NCBI GenBank assembly: GCA_963825055.1
Contig: CAWGSK010000002.1
Coordinates: 1 to 64,000 of the forward strand
Source: an uncultured Gemmatimonadales bacterium
GTDB lineage: Bacteria; Gemmatimonadota; Gemmatimonadetes; Gemmatimonadales; GWC2-71-9
Reading direction: 5' to 3'
Length of the DNA stretch: 64,000 bases
Shown here: piece by piece, positions 42,926-52,202 of the stretch
Layout: each line of letters opens with the position of its first letter
Numbering within the stretch: the first letter of the stretch is position 1
The notes under the pieces: generated by a model
What the model was told of the DNA's origin: nothing
The model's database searches: none
The model's input: the letters and a program-made list of their open reading frames with translations, nothing else
Program-made: the position numbers and the translations under genes

Positions 42926-44577
42926 CCCGGCCCGGGCTCCGCGCCGCCGGCGTCCTCCTGCTTCTCGTGCTCCTCTGGCTGGTGGCGTACCCCCTGGTGC
43001 TCGTGGCATTCGAGAGTTTCCGCGGGATTGAGGGCTGGACCCTCGAGTTCTACCGGCGGTTCATCGCCCGGCCCAACGAGTGGAAGGCGCTCTGGGGATC
43101 GATCTGGATCTCCGTCGCCACCGTCGGCCTCTCGGCCATGATCGGCATTCCGCTGGCCTGGCTGATGAGCCGCTTCGAGTTTCCCGGGCGCCGGCTGCTG
43201 GGCGTGCTGGTGGCCCTGCCGGTCGTGCTGCCGCCACTCGTGGGCGTGATCGCCTTCCTGTTTCTCTTCGGGGAATCCGGCTTCATCGCGCGGGCGCTGA
43301 CCCACCTCTCGGGTGCGAGCGAGCCGCCGTGGCGCCTTCAGGGCGCGGGCGCGATCCTGCTGGTGCATGCCTACTCGATGTACGTGTACTTCTACCTCTT
43401 CACCCGCGCCGGACTTGCCAGCCTGGACCCGTCCCTGCTGGAGGCGGCCTCCGCCCTGGGCGCGGGGCGGATGCGCACCGTGCGACGGGTCGTGCTGCCG
43501 ATGCTCCGGCCCAGCCTGGCGGGCGCGGCCATCCTTACGTTCATGACCTCCCTCGCCTCCTTCAGTGCACCGTACATCTTCGGGGGCGGTTTCCGGGTCA
43601 TGACGACCCAGATCATCTCTACACGGCTCAACGGTGACACCACGATGGCCATGGTGGAGACCATGTCCCTCACGATGGTCGCCCTGCTCGGGCTGTGGCT
43701 GCTGCGGAAAACCGAGGGACGCGAGTCGCTTGCGGGAAGCCGGCAGGGGAGTGGGCGCTTCCTCCGCCCGGTCCGCTCTCCCGGGCGCCGGACCCTCCTG
43801 ACTGCCGGGGCCTGGCTCGTGGGCCTGGGCCTTCTCCTGCCGCATGTCACGCTCATCGTGCTCTCGTTCGTTCCCATCGGGACCTGGACGACGCAGGTCA
43901 TTCCCCCGGAGTACACCCTGGGCAACTACGGGGCCCTGATGGGAGAACCCGAGCGTTTCCGTCCGCTGGCGAACAGCCTCTGGATGGCGACGTTCGCCAC
44001 CGTTGGTGCGGTCGGCCTGGCGGTGGCCGCCGGGCTCGTGTGCGTCCGGAGGCGGGTGACGGGCGCCGGTGCGATCGAGAGCCTTCTCGCGCTGCCATGG
44101 GCGGTACCGGGAACGGTGTTTGCCATCGCGCTGGCGACGATGTTCAGCGTCTCCGCCCCGTGGAGCGGGCGCGTGATCCTGATCGGCACCCTGTGGATCC
44201 TCCCGCTCGCCTACCTGATCCGGAACCTTCCGCTGGCCAGCCGTCCGGTGCTCGCAGGCTTCCGCGCGCTCGATCCCTCGCTCGAAGAGGCCGCCGCGAG
44301 CCTCGGTGCAGGACGCTGGCGCACGCTCCGGCGGGTGACCCTGCCGCTGCTCCGCCCGGCTATTGCCGCCGGAGCAACGCTCGCGTTCGCCACCGCGCTC
44401 GGCGATTTCGTGACCTCCGTGATGCTGTACACCTATGACACCCGGCCGATCTCGCTCGAGATCCTCGGCAGCCTGCGCCAGTCGGACGTCGGCGTCGCCG
44501 CAGCCTACGGGGTCCTGCTCATGGCGGTCAGCACGCTGGTGTTCGCGCTTGGCTCCGAGCGCCAGGTTGCCGGCTGA
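42922..44577 (+). CDS. ABC transporter permease (fused, FbpB-like)
   Basis: Two EAA motifs (LLEAASALGA, LEEAAASLGA); TTG start overlapping the upstream stop. Confidence 0.9.
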   Translation: MTRPGLRAAGVLLLLVLLWLVAYPLVLVAFESFRGIEGWTLEFYRRFIARPNEWKALWGSIWISVATVGLSAMIGIPLAWLMSRFEFPGRRLLGVLVALPVVLPPLVGVIAFLFLFGESGFIARALTHLSGASEPPWRLQGAGAILLVHAYSMYVYFYLFTRAGLASLDPSLLEAASALGAGRMRTVRRVVLPMLRPSLAGAAILTFMTSLASFSAPYIFGGGFRVMTTQIISTRLNGDTTMAMVETMSLTMVALLGLWLLRKTEGRESLAGSRQGSGRFLRPVRSPGRRTLLTAGAWLVGLGLLLPHVTLIVLSFVPIGTWTTQVIPPEYTLGNYGALMGEPERFRPLANSLWMATFATVGAVGLAVAAGLVCVRRRVTGAGAIESLLALPWAVPGTVFAIALATMFSVSAPWSGRVILIGTLWILPLAYLIRNLPLASRPVLAGFRALDPSLEEAAASLGAGRWRTLRRVTLPLLRPAIAAGATLAFATALGDFVTSVMLYTYDTRPISLEILGSLRQSDVGVAAAYGVLLMAVSTLVFALGSERQVAG

Positions 44578-45815
44578 TGGCCACGCGCCACGAGCGCAAT
44601 CGCGAGCAGTTCCGCCGGCTGGCGGTGCTTATCGCCGTGAACTGCGTGGACATGATCGGCTTTGCAATCGTGCTCCCGCTGTTGCCGTTCTACGCGCTCC
44701 GGTTCGGCGCGTCGGCCCAGATGGTGGGGCTCCTGATTGCGAGCTTCTCCGTGGCGCAGTTGCTCGCCGCGCCGTTGTGGGGCCGGATCAGCGACCGGGT
44801 CGGCCGTCGCTTCGTGCTCCTGATCGGTCTGTCGGCCTCGGCCATCGCCTACCTGGTGTTCGGCTTCGCCACCAGCCTGTGGCTCCTCTTCCTGAGCCGG
44901 GTGATCCAGGGCGCGGGCGGCGGCACGACCGGCGTCGCGCAGGCGTATGTCGCCGACACCATCTCCGCGTCCGACCGTGCCCGGGCCCTGGGCTGGCTCT
45001 CGGCCGCCACCTCGGCGGGTGTCGCCATCGGGCCGGTCATCGGGTCGCTGGCCTCGCACCTTGGCCCGGAAGCGCCCGGGCTGGTTGCCGCAGGACTGTG
45101 CCTCGTCAACGTCTTCTTCGCGTGGAAGTGGCTCCCGGAATCGAAGGGCGATCACGAGGCCCCGCCCCGTCGGCCGATCTGGCACGCGGGCTGGCAGATC
45201 ATCCGGCACCCACGGTCGCCGGTGTCCCGCCTGATCTGGATCTACGCGGTGGGCATGCTTGCATTCACCTGCATGACATCGGTGGTCGCGCTCTACCTGA
45301 ACGCCGAGTTCCAGATCACCGAGGCGACCATCGGATACTTCTTCCTGTACATCGGCGTGCTGTCGTTCGTGATGCGGTCGATCGTGCTCGGCCCGGTGGT
45401 GGACCGGATCGGGGAGACCTGGGCCGTGCGGATGGGGGCGTTCCTGCTGGCGGCGGGCCTGGTGTCCTATCCCCTGGCACCGACGGTGTGGACCCTGCTG
45501 CTCGTCATTCCGCTGGTGCCGATCGGCACGGCACTTCTCTTTCCCAGTACGACCTCACTCATGTCGCAGGCCTCCGAACGCGCCGTGGTGGGTACCACCA
45601 TGGGGACTGCCCAGTCGTTCGCCGGGGTATCGCGCGTGGTGGCCCCGCTCCTCGCTACGCGGGCGTTCCAGGACCTGGGGCACGGGTCGCCGTTCTACAT
45701 CGCCGGGGGGTTCGTGGCGCTCGTGAGCCTGCTCTCGTTCCGGATTCGCCACCACCGCGCCGAGCCGACGCCGATTCCTCCAGAGCCGGTGGAGAGCCGG
45801 GCGGGCTCAGGCTGA
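44577..45815 (+). CDS. MFS transporter (TetA/DHA1-like)
   Basis: GRISDRVGRR motif A; about 12 TM helices. Confidence 0.9.
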   Translation: MATRHERNREQFRRLAVLIAVNCVDMIGFAIVLPLLPFYALRFGASAQMVGLLIASFSVAQLLAAPLWGRISDRVGRRFVLLIGLSASAIAYLVFGFATSLWLLFLSRVIQGAGGGTTGVAQAYVADTISASDRARALGWLSAATSAGVAIGPVIGSLASHLGPEAPGLVAAGLCLVNVFFAWKWLPESKGDHEAPPRRPIWHAGWQIIRHPRSPVSRLIWIYAVGMLAFTCMTSVVALYLNAEFQITEATIGYFFLYIGVLSFVMRSIVLGPVVDRIGETWAVRMGAFLLAAGLVSYPLAPTVWTLLLVIPLVPIGTALLFPSTTSLMSQASERAVVGTTMGTAQSFAGVSRVVAPLLATRAFQDLGHGSPFYIAGGFVALVSLLSFRIRHHRAEPTPIPPEPVESRAGSG

Positions 45816-45819
45816 GAGG

Positions 45820-47124
45820 TCAGTCGAGCGGGATCCGCTCGACCACCGGCGGGTGCAGCGTGACTCCCGCCCGCGGCAGTCCTGCCGCGTCAAATGATCC
45901 CCACTGGCTGTTGGACACGTAGAACAGCGTATCCCCGGCGACTACGCCGAGGGTGGGTTCGTCCCACGTGGGTTGGGCTGCGGCGAGGATGCTCCAGGCG
46001 GCGATGCGCCGGCCCGGAGGATCAAGGTCCAGGCGGAGGATGCGCGCCGGGCTGGTCCCGTTCTGGATCGCGATGAGCGTGCTGCCGTGCCGGGCCAGCC
46101 CGTCCATCCCGAGTACCACGAGATCCTCTGGCGCGGGCAGCATGGAAGCAGTGAGGGTCTCCAGGTCGATCCGAACGATGCCGCGGGTGTAGTCGGCCAG
46201 ATAGAGCGCGTTCCCGTCGCCGGACACGACGATGCCCTCCGGCGAACCGAGCCAGCCTGCCGGCAGCAGGGGACGGAGGTGGTCGCTGTCGCGCATGAGC
46301 TGGTAGATCATTGGCGTGCCATGGTCGGTTACATAAACGTCACCCGAGGGCGTGAGGGCGATGTCGTTGAAACCATGCGGACCGGGCCCCTCCGCTTCGT
46401 ACCGGTGACGGAGCGTGCCGTCATCCAGGGCGTATGCGAGCAGCGCCGACCGGCCCCGCCCCGCGCTGTCCACGCCGGTATGGGCGAGGGTGGCCGTGGT
46501 GACCCAGAGGAGCCCGCGCCTCGCATCTGCCACCATGCCGAAGACACTGCCCCGCGCAGTGTCGGGCGCGAAGATGGACGGGCGACCCTCGTGGAAACGG
46601 AGTATCTGCCTGGAACGCACGCCGCCGACAAACAAGTCTCCCGTCACCGGATCGCGGGCGATACCCTCGGCCAGCATCGCCCGGGCGCTGTTCGGCAGCC
46701 TGAGGGCAACGGTCGGGGTCCCGCGCGGCGTATCATTGGCCGAGAGCCGTGCCAGGGCCGCGGTGAACCCGGAATCCCCGGCCAGCGAGTCGAAGTCACT
46801 GTCACGGTCAGGATGCGCGGTGAGGCCGAGCGCGACGAGGCGCTCCAGCCGCGCCAGGGCCTCCGACCGCTGGCCGCGGAGCGCCGCTGCACTCGCGCGG
46901 TTGTACAGGATGGCAGGATGATTCGGCCGGAGGGAGTCGGCCCGGGCGAGGAAGTGCGCGTAGCCATCATAGTCACCTGCCTGCCATGCGAGCCGGGCGC
47001 TGTCCGCCATCTCCCTCCCGGCCGCCACCGCCTGTTGCTCGGCGGCAAAGCGATCAGAATGGGGCGGTCCGCCTGCGCAGGCCGTGAAGAGCGGGAGCAT
47101 GAGGAGTCGGGGGAGGCTGAGCAT
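45820..47124 (-). CDS. TPR + beta-propeller (SMP-30/gluconolactonase-like) lipoprotein
   Basis: Lipobox FTAC; YNRA TPR; EGIARD, FNDIAL, PEGI, MDGL propeller motifs. Confidence 0.75.
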   Translation of the reverse strand: MLSLPRLLMLPLFTACAGGPPHSDRFAAEQQAVAAGREMADSARLAWQAGDYDGYAHFLARADSLRPNHPAILYNRASAAALRGQRSEALARLERLVALGLTAHPDRDSDFDSLAGDSGFTAALARLSANDTPRGTPTVALRLPNSARAMLAEGIARDPVTGDLFVGGVRSRQILRFHEGRPSIFAPDTARGSVFGMVADARRGLLWVTTATLAHTGVDSAGRGRSALLAYALDDGTLRHRYEAEGPGPHGFNDIALTPSGDVYVTDHGTPMIYQLMRDSDHLRPLLPAGWLGSPEGIVVSGDGNALYLADYTRGIVRIDLETLTASMLPAPEDLVVLGMDGLARHGSTLIAIQNGTSPARILRLDLDPPGRRIAAWSILAAAQPTWDEPTLGVVAGDTLFYVSNSQWGSFDAAGLPRAGVTLHPPVVERIPLD

Positions 47125-47192
47125 GGCTGCCTTACGCCAGGTGCGGGACTCCGGGTTTCAGGAAGGGCCCGGAGGAGGCCGTTATATTGGAC

Positions 47193-47262
47193 GCCGTAGG
47201 CCGTAGGCCGTCGGCCGTCGGCAGTCGGCAGTCGGCAATCGGCAGCAGGCAGCAGGCAGCAG
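47193..47262. repeat. Ten-unit heptamer array with drifting sequence
   Basis: GCCGTAG x2, GCCGTCG x2, GCAGTCG x2, GCAATCG, GCAGCAG x3. Confidence 0.9.
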
Positions 47263-47307
47263 GATTCAGTTGACCACAGCCCGTCCGTCCGTGCGTGAGG
47301 AGCGTGT

Positions 47308-49041
47308 GTGAATACGATCTTCAAACTTCCTGAGTCCCCCTCGGAGTTTGCCGGGGCGACCTGGGACGACATCCAGCCTTACTACGACCTGCTGGCGGAC
47401 CGGCCACTCGATGCCGGTTCCGTGGAGCGCTGGCTGGCGGACTGGTCCCGCCTCGACGCGCTGGTGACCGAGGCCGCCGCGGAGGCCATGATCGCGTACA
47501 CCGTGCAGACGGACGCCCCGGGTCGGGAAGAGGCGCACCTGAGGTTCTCCGCGGAGATCCTGCCACAGGTCGAGGAGCAGGAGGTCCGGCTGGCCCGCCG
47601 GCTGGTGGCCCTCAGCTGGACCGGTCCGGATTTCGAGGTACCGCTCGCCAGGTTCCGCGAGCAGATCGCCCTGTTCAGCGAGGCCAACGTCCCCCTGTTC
47701 ACCGAGCTCGAGGAGCTCTCGACACGGTACCAGCGCGTGACCGGCGGCATGACGGCCGCGTGGGAAGGGGAGCAAGTCCCCCTGCCGGCGCTGCAACCGC
47801 GTCTCCGCGACCCCGACCGCGCGGTTCGGGAGCGGGCCTACCTGGCCGGCACGCGGCCGTACCTCGAGGCCCAGCCGAAGCTGGCATCGTTGTTCGACAG
47901 GATGTACACGATTCGCCAGAAGGTCGCGCGCCAGGCGGGGTGCGCCGAGTTCCGCGAGTACAGTTTCCGGAGCAAGTGCCGGTTCGACTATACCCCAGCG
48001 GACGTCGAGCGTTTCCACGAGGCCGTGGAGGCGGTGGTGACGCCGGCGGTGGAGCGCATCTATGCCCGGCGGCGCACGCAACTCGGGGTGGATCGGCTGC
48101 GGCCCTGGGACGTGACGGTTGACCCCGAGGGTCGGGCTGCGCTCAAGCCTTTCGCAGACGCCGGTGAGCTCATCGGTGGCATGCGCCAGGTGTTCGGGGG
48201 GCTCGATCCGGTACTTGGTCATGAGTTCGGCGTTCTGGCGGACGAGGGGCTGCTCGACCTCGAGACGCGCCGGGGCAAGGCGCCGGGCGGCTACTGCGAG
48301 ACCCTGCATGCGCGGGGGCGGCCGTTCATCTTCATGAACGCCGCCGGGACCCTCGATGACATTATGACCCTCACCCATGAGGCCGGGCACGCATTTCACG
48401 CCTTCGCCTCCCACCCGCTTCCCCTCATCTGGCAGCGCCATCCCGGAATGGAGGCCGCCGAGCTCGCCTCGATGAGCATGGAGCTGCTGGCGTCGGCGCG
48501 GTTCCGGGAGGACCAGGGTGGCTTCTTCGACGAGGACGCCTGGGCCCGGGCGCGGATCGAGCACCTCGAGGACATCCTCCAGAGCCTGGCGCACATCGCG
48601 GCGGTTGATGCGTTCCAGAGCTGGATCTATGTGAGCGGGGAAGGGGCCGATGCGGCAGCCCGGGACGCGGCGTGGATCCGGCTCCGTTCGCGATTCGAGC
48701 GGGGTGTGGACTGGTCCGGCCTGGAGCGCGAGCGGGTGGCCCGCTGGTACCGGCAGCTCCACATTTTCCTCTATCCCTTCTACTACATCGAATACGGCAT
48801 CGCCCAGCTCGGAGCGCTGCAGGTGTGGCGGAACAGCCTGTCCGATCCGGCGGCAGCCCTGCGCAGGTACCGGGAGGCGCTTGCGCTCGGGACGACCCGG
48901 AGCCTGCCGGAGATCTATGCCACCGCCGGGGCCAGGCTTGTCTTCGACCGCGAGGGGATGGCCGAACTGGTCGGGCTCGTCGAGGCGCAGCTCGAGGAGC
49001 TCTCGGCCGCCCGGAGCGCAGGCACTGCCGGTAGCCCCTGA
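47308..49041 (+). CDS. M3-family oligoendopeptidase F
   Basis: GAGGAG then [31 protein letters not shown]. Confidence 0.92.
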   Translation: MNTIFKLPESPSEFAGATWDDIQPYYDLLADRPLDAGSVERWLADWSRLDALVTEAAAEAMIAYTVQTDAPGREEAHLRFSAEILPQVEEQEVRLARRLVALSWTGPDFEVPLARFREQIALFSEANVPLFTELEELSTRYQRVTGGMTAAWEGEQVPLPALQPRLRDPDRAVRERAYLAGTRPYLEAQPKLASLFDRMYTIRQKVARQAGCAEFREYSFRSKCRFDYTPADVERFHEAVEAVVTPAVERIYARRRTQLGVDRLRPWDVTVDPEGRAALKPFADAGELIGGMRQVFGGLDPVLGHEFGVLADEGLLDLETRRGKAPGGYCETLHARGRPFIFMNAAGTLDDIMTLTHEAGHAFHAFASHPLPLIWQRHPGMEAAELASMSMELLASARFREDQGGFFDEDAWARARIEHLEDILQSLAHIAAVDAFQSWIYVSGEGADAAARDAAWIRLRSRFERGVDWSGLERERVARWYRQLHIFLYPFYYIEYGIAQLGALQVWRNSLSDPAAALRRYREALALGTTRSLPEIYATAGARLVFDREGMAELVGLVEAQLEELSAARSAGTAGSP

Positions 49042-49115
49042 ACTGCGTTCGGCCTAGATTGCAGCAGCCGCCGGCGCCCGAACGGCTGCCGGCATCTCCC
49101 TCTGGAGGTTCGTGG

Positions 49116-49334
49116 ATGGCGAAAGAAGAAGGTATTGAGATGGAAGGGGTGGTGACCGAGGTCCTGCCCGACCGCAACTACCGCGTGCTGCTGGAGAACG
49201 GCCATTCCGTCCTGGCCTACGCGGCGGGCAAGATGAGCAAGCACAAGATCCGGGTGCTCGAGGGTGACCGGGTCAGCGTGGTCCTCTCCCCCTATGACCT
49301 CACCCGCGGGCGCGTGATCTACCGGCACAAGTAG
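49116..49334 (+). CDS. infA: Translation initiation factor IF-1
   Basis: [13 protein letters not shown]...LENGH...GKM...IRVLEGDRV...[20 protein letters not shown]. Confidence 0.97.
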   Translation: MAKEEGIEMEGVVTEVLPDRNYRVLLENGHSVLAYAAGKMSKHKIRVLEGDRVSVVLSPYDLTRGRVIYRHK

Positions 49335-49355
49335 GACGCCCCGCCTCCACGAACG

Positions 49356-49390
49356 AAAAGCGGGCCGCTCCCTCGGGAGCGGCCCGTTCT
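49356..49390. terminator. Terminator between convergent infA and csp
   Basis: Stem GCGGGCCGCTCC/GGAGCGGCCCGT; AAAA on the left gives a U-tract on the minus strand. Confidence 0.8.
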
Positions 49391-49413
49391 CCATGCCGAC
49401 GGACGGCGGGTTG

Positions 49414-49626
49414 TTACGGTGCGCGCGTGACGTTCTCGGCGGCCGGACCCTTCGCGCCCTCAACGATGTCGAACTCGACCTTGTCGCCCTCGGCGAGGCT
49501 GCGGAATCCGTCCATCTTGATGGCCGAATGATGAACGAAGCAGTCCTTCGTGCCGTTCTCGGGCGTGATGAAGCCGAAGCCCTTCGCGTCGTTGAACCAC
49601 TTCACAGTACCTGTGGTGCGTGCCAT
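49414..49626 (-). CDS. cspA: Cold-shock protein
   Basis: [39 protein letters not shown]. Confidence 0.95.
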   Translation of the reverse strand: MARTTGTVKWFNDAKGFGFITPENGTKDCFVHHSAIKMDGFRSLAEGDKVEFDIVEGAKGPAAENVTRAP

Positions 49627-49817
49627 ACTTGCCTAACTCCTGTGATGGTAACGTGGTCGGGGTGGGTCCAGCCGCACGGCCGACCTGACATAAGACGGGC
49701 CTTTCCCGCCTCATGAGCTGAAAATACGAAATGAACCTGAGGTTCTTGTCGTGAGCCTTGTCGGTTTGCCCTGCTTGAGTCGCGCGGTAGGAAAATCCCC
49801 TCGCTCAGCCAGACAAC

Positions 49818-49846
49818 AAATTTCCACCCCGTACCCGTTTCGTCAA
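49818..49846 (-). promoter_or_regulatory. Putative csp promoter, implying a ~185-nt 5' UTR
   Basis: TTGACG-17 bp-AAATTT on the minus strand; the -35 box contains the kinase TGA stop. Confidence 0.5.
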
Positions 49847-51660
49847 GGTTTGGGGTTTTCGGGATCTGTTCCCCGGTCCCCCGGTTCCTGGAAGAGGGAG
49901 CGCGCGGCGGCGAGCCAGGCGGCGCCGCGCGAAGGCAGGCTGGGCCCCGTCCCTTCCTGCACGGCCTGCAGGAACTCGGCTGCCGTGGTGAAACGCTCAC
50001 TGACCACGGCCCGGATCGCCCGCTCGAGGGCTGCCGCCAGCGCCTCGGGGACGTCTGGGCGCTCCCGGCGGAGGTCAGGGACGCGGTTCGTCGCCTGTCG
50101 GGCGAGTACCTGCTCGGGGGTGTGGCCGGGGAAAGGCGAATGGCCGAGCAGAAGGAAGTACGCGACCGCCGCGACGCTGTAGAGGTCCGACCGCTGGTCC
50201 ACCCGCTCCCCCAGCAACTGCTCGGGGCTTGCATACTGCGGCGTCCCGCTCTGGCTGGTGGCCCCGCCGAAGCGTCCCTGGCCGCGGAGTGCCAGGGCGA
50301 GTCCGAAGTCGGTGATCCGGAGCCCGCCGTCCGGGGCGATCAGCATATTCTCGGGCTTGATATCGCGGTGGACCAGCCCGGCCGCGTGGGCGGATATCAG
50401 CGCGCTCAGGGCCTCCTTGAGGAGGTCGACGACCCGCGGTAGAGGCTGGGCACCCTCCCGCTCCACCACCTGTGCGAGGTTCGGGCCCGAGATGAGCTCC
50501 ATCGTGTACCAGATCAGGCCGGACCGACCGCCGATGTCGTAGATGTCCACGATGTTCGGGTGGGTCAGCCGGGCGGCGAGCTGGGCTTCGCGACGGAACC
50601 GCTCGACAACCGCGGGGTCGGTCGTCAGCAGGGGATGGAGCACCTTGAGGGCGACTTCGCGCTCGAGGTGGAGGTCGCGCACGCGATACACCCGGCCGAA
50701 GCCGCCCGCGCCCAGCTGGGCGAGAAGCTCGTAATCGTCCCCCAGCGCGCGCCGCAGCCGCTTCTCCCAGTTGCGCCCATCCTCGACCTCGCGCGGCCGC
50801 TCAGTGCTCACGGTCAGGATCGGCGGGTTCTCCACCAGGCCGGCCTCGCTGGAGAAGTCCTCCAGCATTTCCGCTGCAGTCATGTAGCGGTCTTCCGGGT
50901 CGGCCTGCAGAGCCCGGAGGATGATCCGCTCCACCGCGCCGGGGCAGTTTGGGCGGAGTTCGCGGGGCGGGATGATGGCGCCGGGGTCGGCCGGGGGCTC
51001 CACCGCGGTCACCGCGTAGTAGATAATGGCGCCGGCGGCGTAGAGATCGCTCGCAGGATCGCCCACGGCGCCGCCGCGGATCTCGGGGGCCATGAATGTC
51101 GCTCCCACCGGCTGTACGCCCTCCGGTATGGCGGACAGGGTCCAGCTCGCGTAGCGCAGGTCGGTGACGGTGCCGTGACCGCTTCCGTTGACGATGAGGG
51201 AGTTGGGCACCACCCGCCGGATGATGAGCCCGTTGGCGTGCGCATGCTCCATCGCGCTCAGCACGTCCCGCGCGAGGATGTGGACGCTGGGCAGTGGTCG
51301 TGGGCTCCGCCGGACCGCCTCCTCCAGGCTCTCACCCTCGATCCAGTTGCCGACCCGGAACGCCACCTTGTCGATTATGCCCGTGTCATACACGTGCCGG
51401 ACCGCGGGATGGTCGAGCCGGGCGAGCGCCTCGGCTTCCCGCATGAACCACGCCCGTACCGGCGGGTCCCCGTGGAAGTGCGCGCGCAGGCTCACGTGCC
51501 TCTGCAGGGTGAGGTCATAGGCACGGAACAGGGCCCGCTCGCGCGAAACGGCGACGAGGTTGCGCACCCGGTAACGGTGGCCGAAAATCTCTTCCGCCCG
51601 CTTGAAGTACACGGGTGGCGGGAGGGTGTGGCCGCCGGTCTGGTGCCCCGGGGTAGTCAT
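49843..51660 (-). CDS. Ser/Thr protein kinase with N-terminal pseudokinase and C-terminal intact kinase domain
   Basis: Domain 2 has GAGGFG, VALK, HRDIKPEN, DFG, GTPQYASPE; domain 1 has VSLR, IRRVVPNS, DLR, FMAPE; ATGA overlap with the upstream gene. Confidence 0.92.
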   Translation of the reverse strand: MTTPGHQTGGHTLPPPVYFKRAEEIFGHRYRVRNLVAVSRERALFRAYDLTLQRHVSLRAHFHGDPPVRAWFMREAEALARLDHPAVRHVYDTGIIDKVAFRVGNWIEGESLEEAVRRSPRPLPSVHILARDVLSAMEHAHANGLIIRRVVPNSLIVNGSGHGTVTDLRYASWTLSAIPEGVQPVGATFMAPEIRGGAVGDPASDLYAAGAIIYYAVTAVEPPADPGAIIPPRELRPNCPGAVERIILRALQADPEDRYMTAAEMLEDFSSEAGLVENPPILTVSTERPREVEDGRNWEKRLRRALGDDYELLAQLGAGGFGRVYRVRDLHLEREVALKVLHPLLTTDPAVVERFRREAQLAARLTHPNIVDIYDIGGRSGLIWYTMELISGPNLAQVVEREGAQPLPRVVDLLKEALSALISAHAAGLVHRDIKPENMLIAPDGGLRITDFGLALALRGQGRFGGATSQSGTPQYASPEQLLGERVDQRSDLYSVAAVAYFLLLGHSPFPGHTPEQVLARQATNRVPDLRRERPDVPEALAAALERAIRAVVSERFTTAAEFLQAVQEGTGPSLPSRGAAWLAAARSLFQEPGDRGTDPENPKP

Positions 51661-52199
51661 CGGCTCGTGCGACGCCGCTCGATGCGCAGGCCAGCGCCGC
51701 AGGTGGCGGGTCGGCAGCAGACGCGGGTCTGCTCGGGAGTCGTGTCGACCAGAAAGAGGGTGCAGTCCTCGCCCAGGCAACGCCGCACGATGGCCGATGG
51801 GTCGGCGAGGGTGTGGGCGGCCGAGCGGGCGATGGCGTCGAGGGCCGTTGGCGACTGGGCCGGCGTGAACTGCTGCCGCCACTGGCCGCCGGTCCGCACC
51901 AGCTGATGGCAGCCGGGCGTGGCCGCCAGCACCGAATTAATGGCGGTGATTGAGGCGGTGGGGACCGGCTTCTTCTCGTTGAGTGCAGTGGCGAGGCGGG
52001 TCAGGTGGTCGCGGAACTCGAGGACGTCGGCCAGGCGCACCAGGTCGGCGTCGGAGGTGAGCTTTTCGGCCTTCACCCAGCGGTGGTAGGCCGCGACGTC
52101 AGTCAGTCGCTCCCGCGCCTCGTCTCCCGTACCGCGTGGCGTGTTGATGAAGTCCGTCCAGATGGCATCGCCGAGGAGGACGAACTCAGGATCCGGCAT
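51657..52199 (-). CDS. ABATE / CGNR zinc-finger domain protein
   Basis: DFINT, FRDHL; C-terminal RRCLGEDC..FLVD...RVCC...CGAG. Confidence 0.82.
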   Translation of the reverse strand: MPDPEFVLLGDAIWTDFINTPRGTGDEARERLTDVAAYHRWVKAEKLTSDADLVRLADVLEFRDHLTRLATALNEKKPVPTASITAINSVLAATPGCHQLVRTGGQWRQQFTPAQSPTALDAIARSAAHTLADPSAIVRRCLGEDCTLFLVDTTPEQTRVCCRPATCGAGLRIERRRTSR

Positions 52200-52202
52200 G
52201 GT

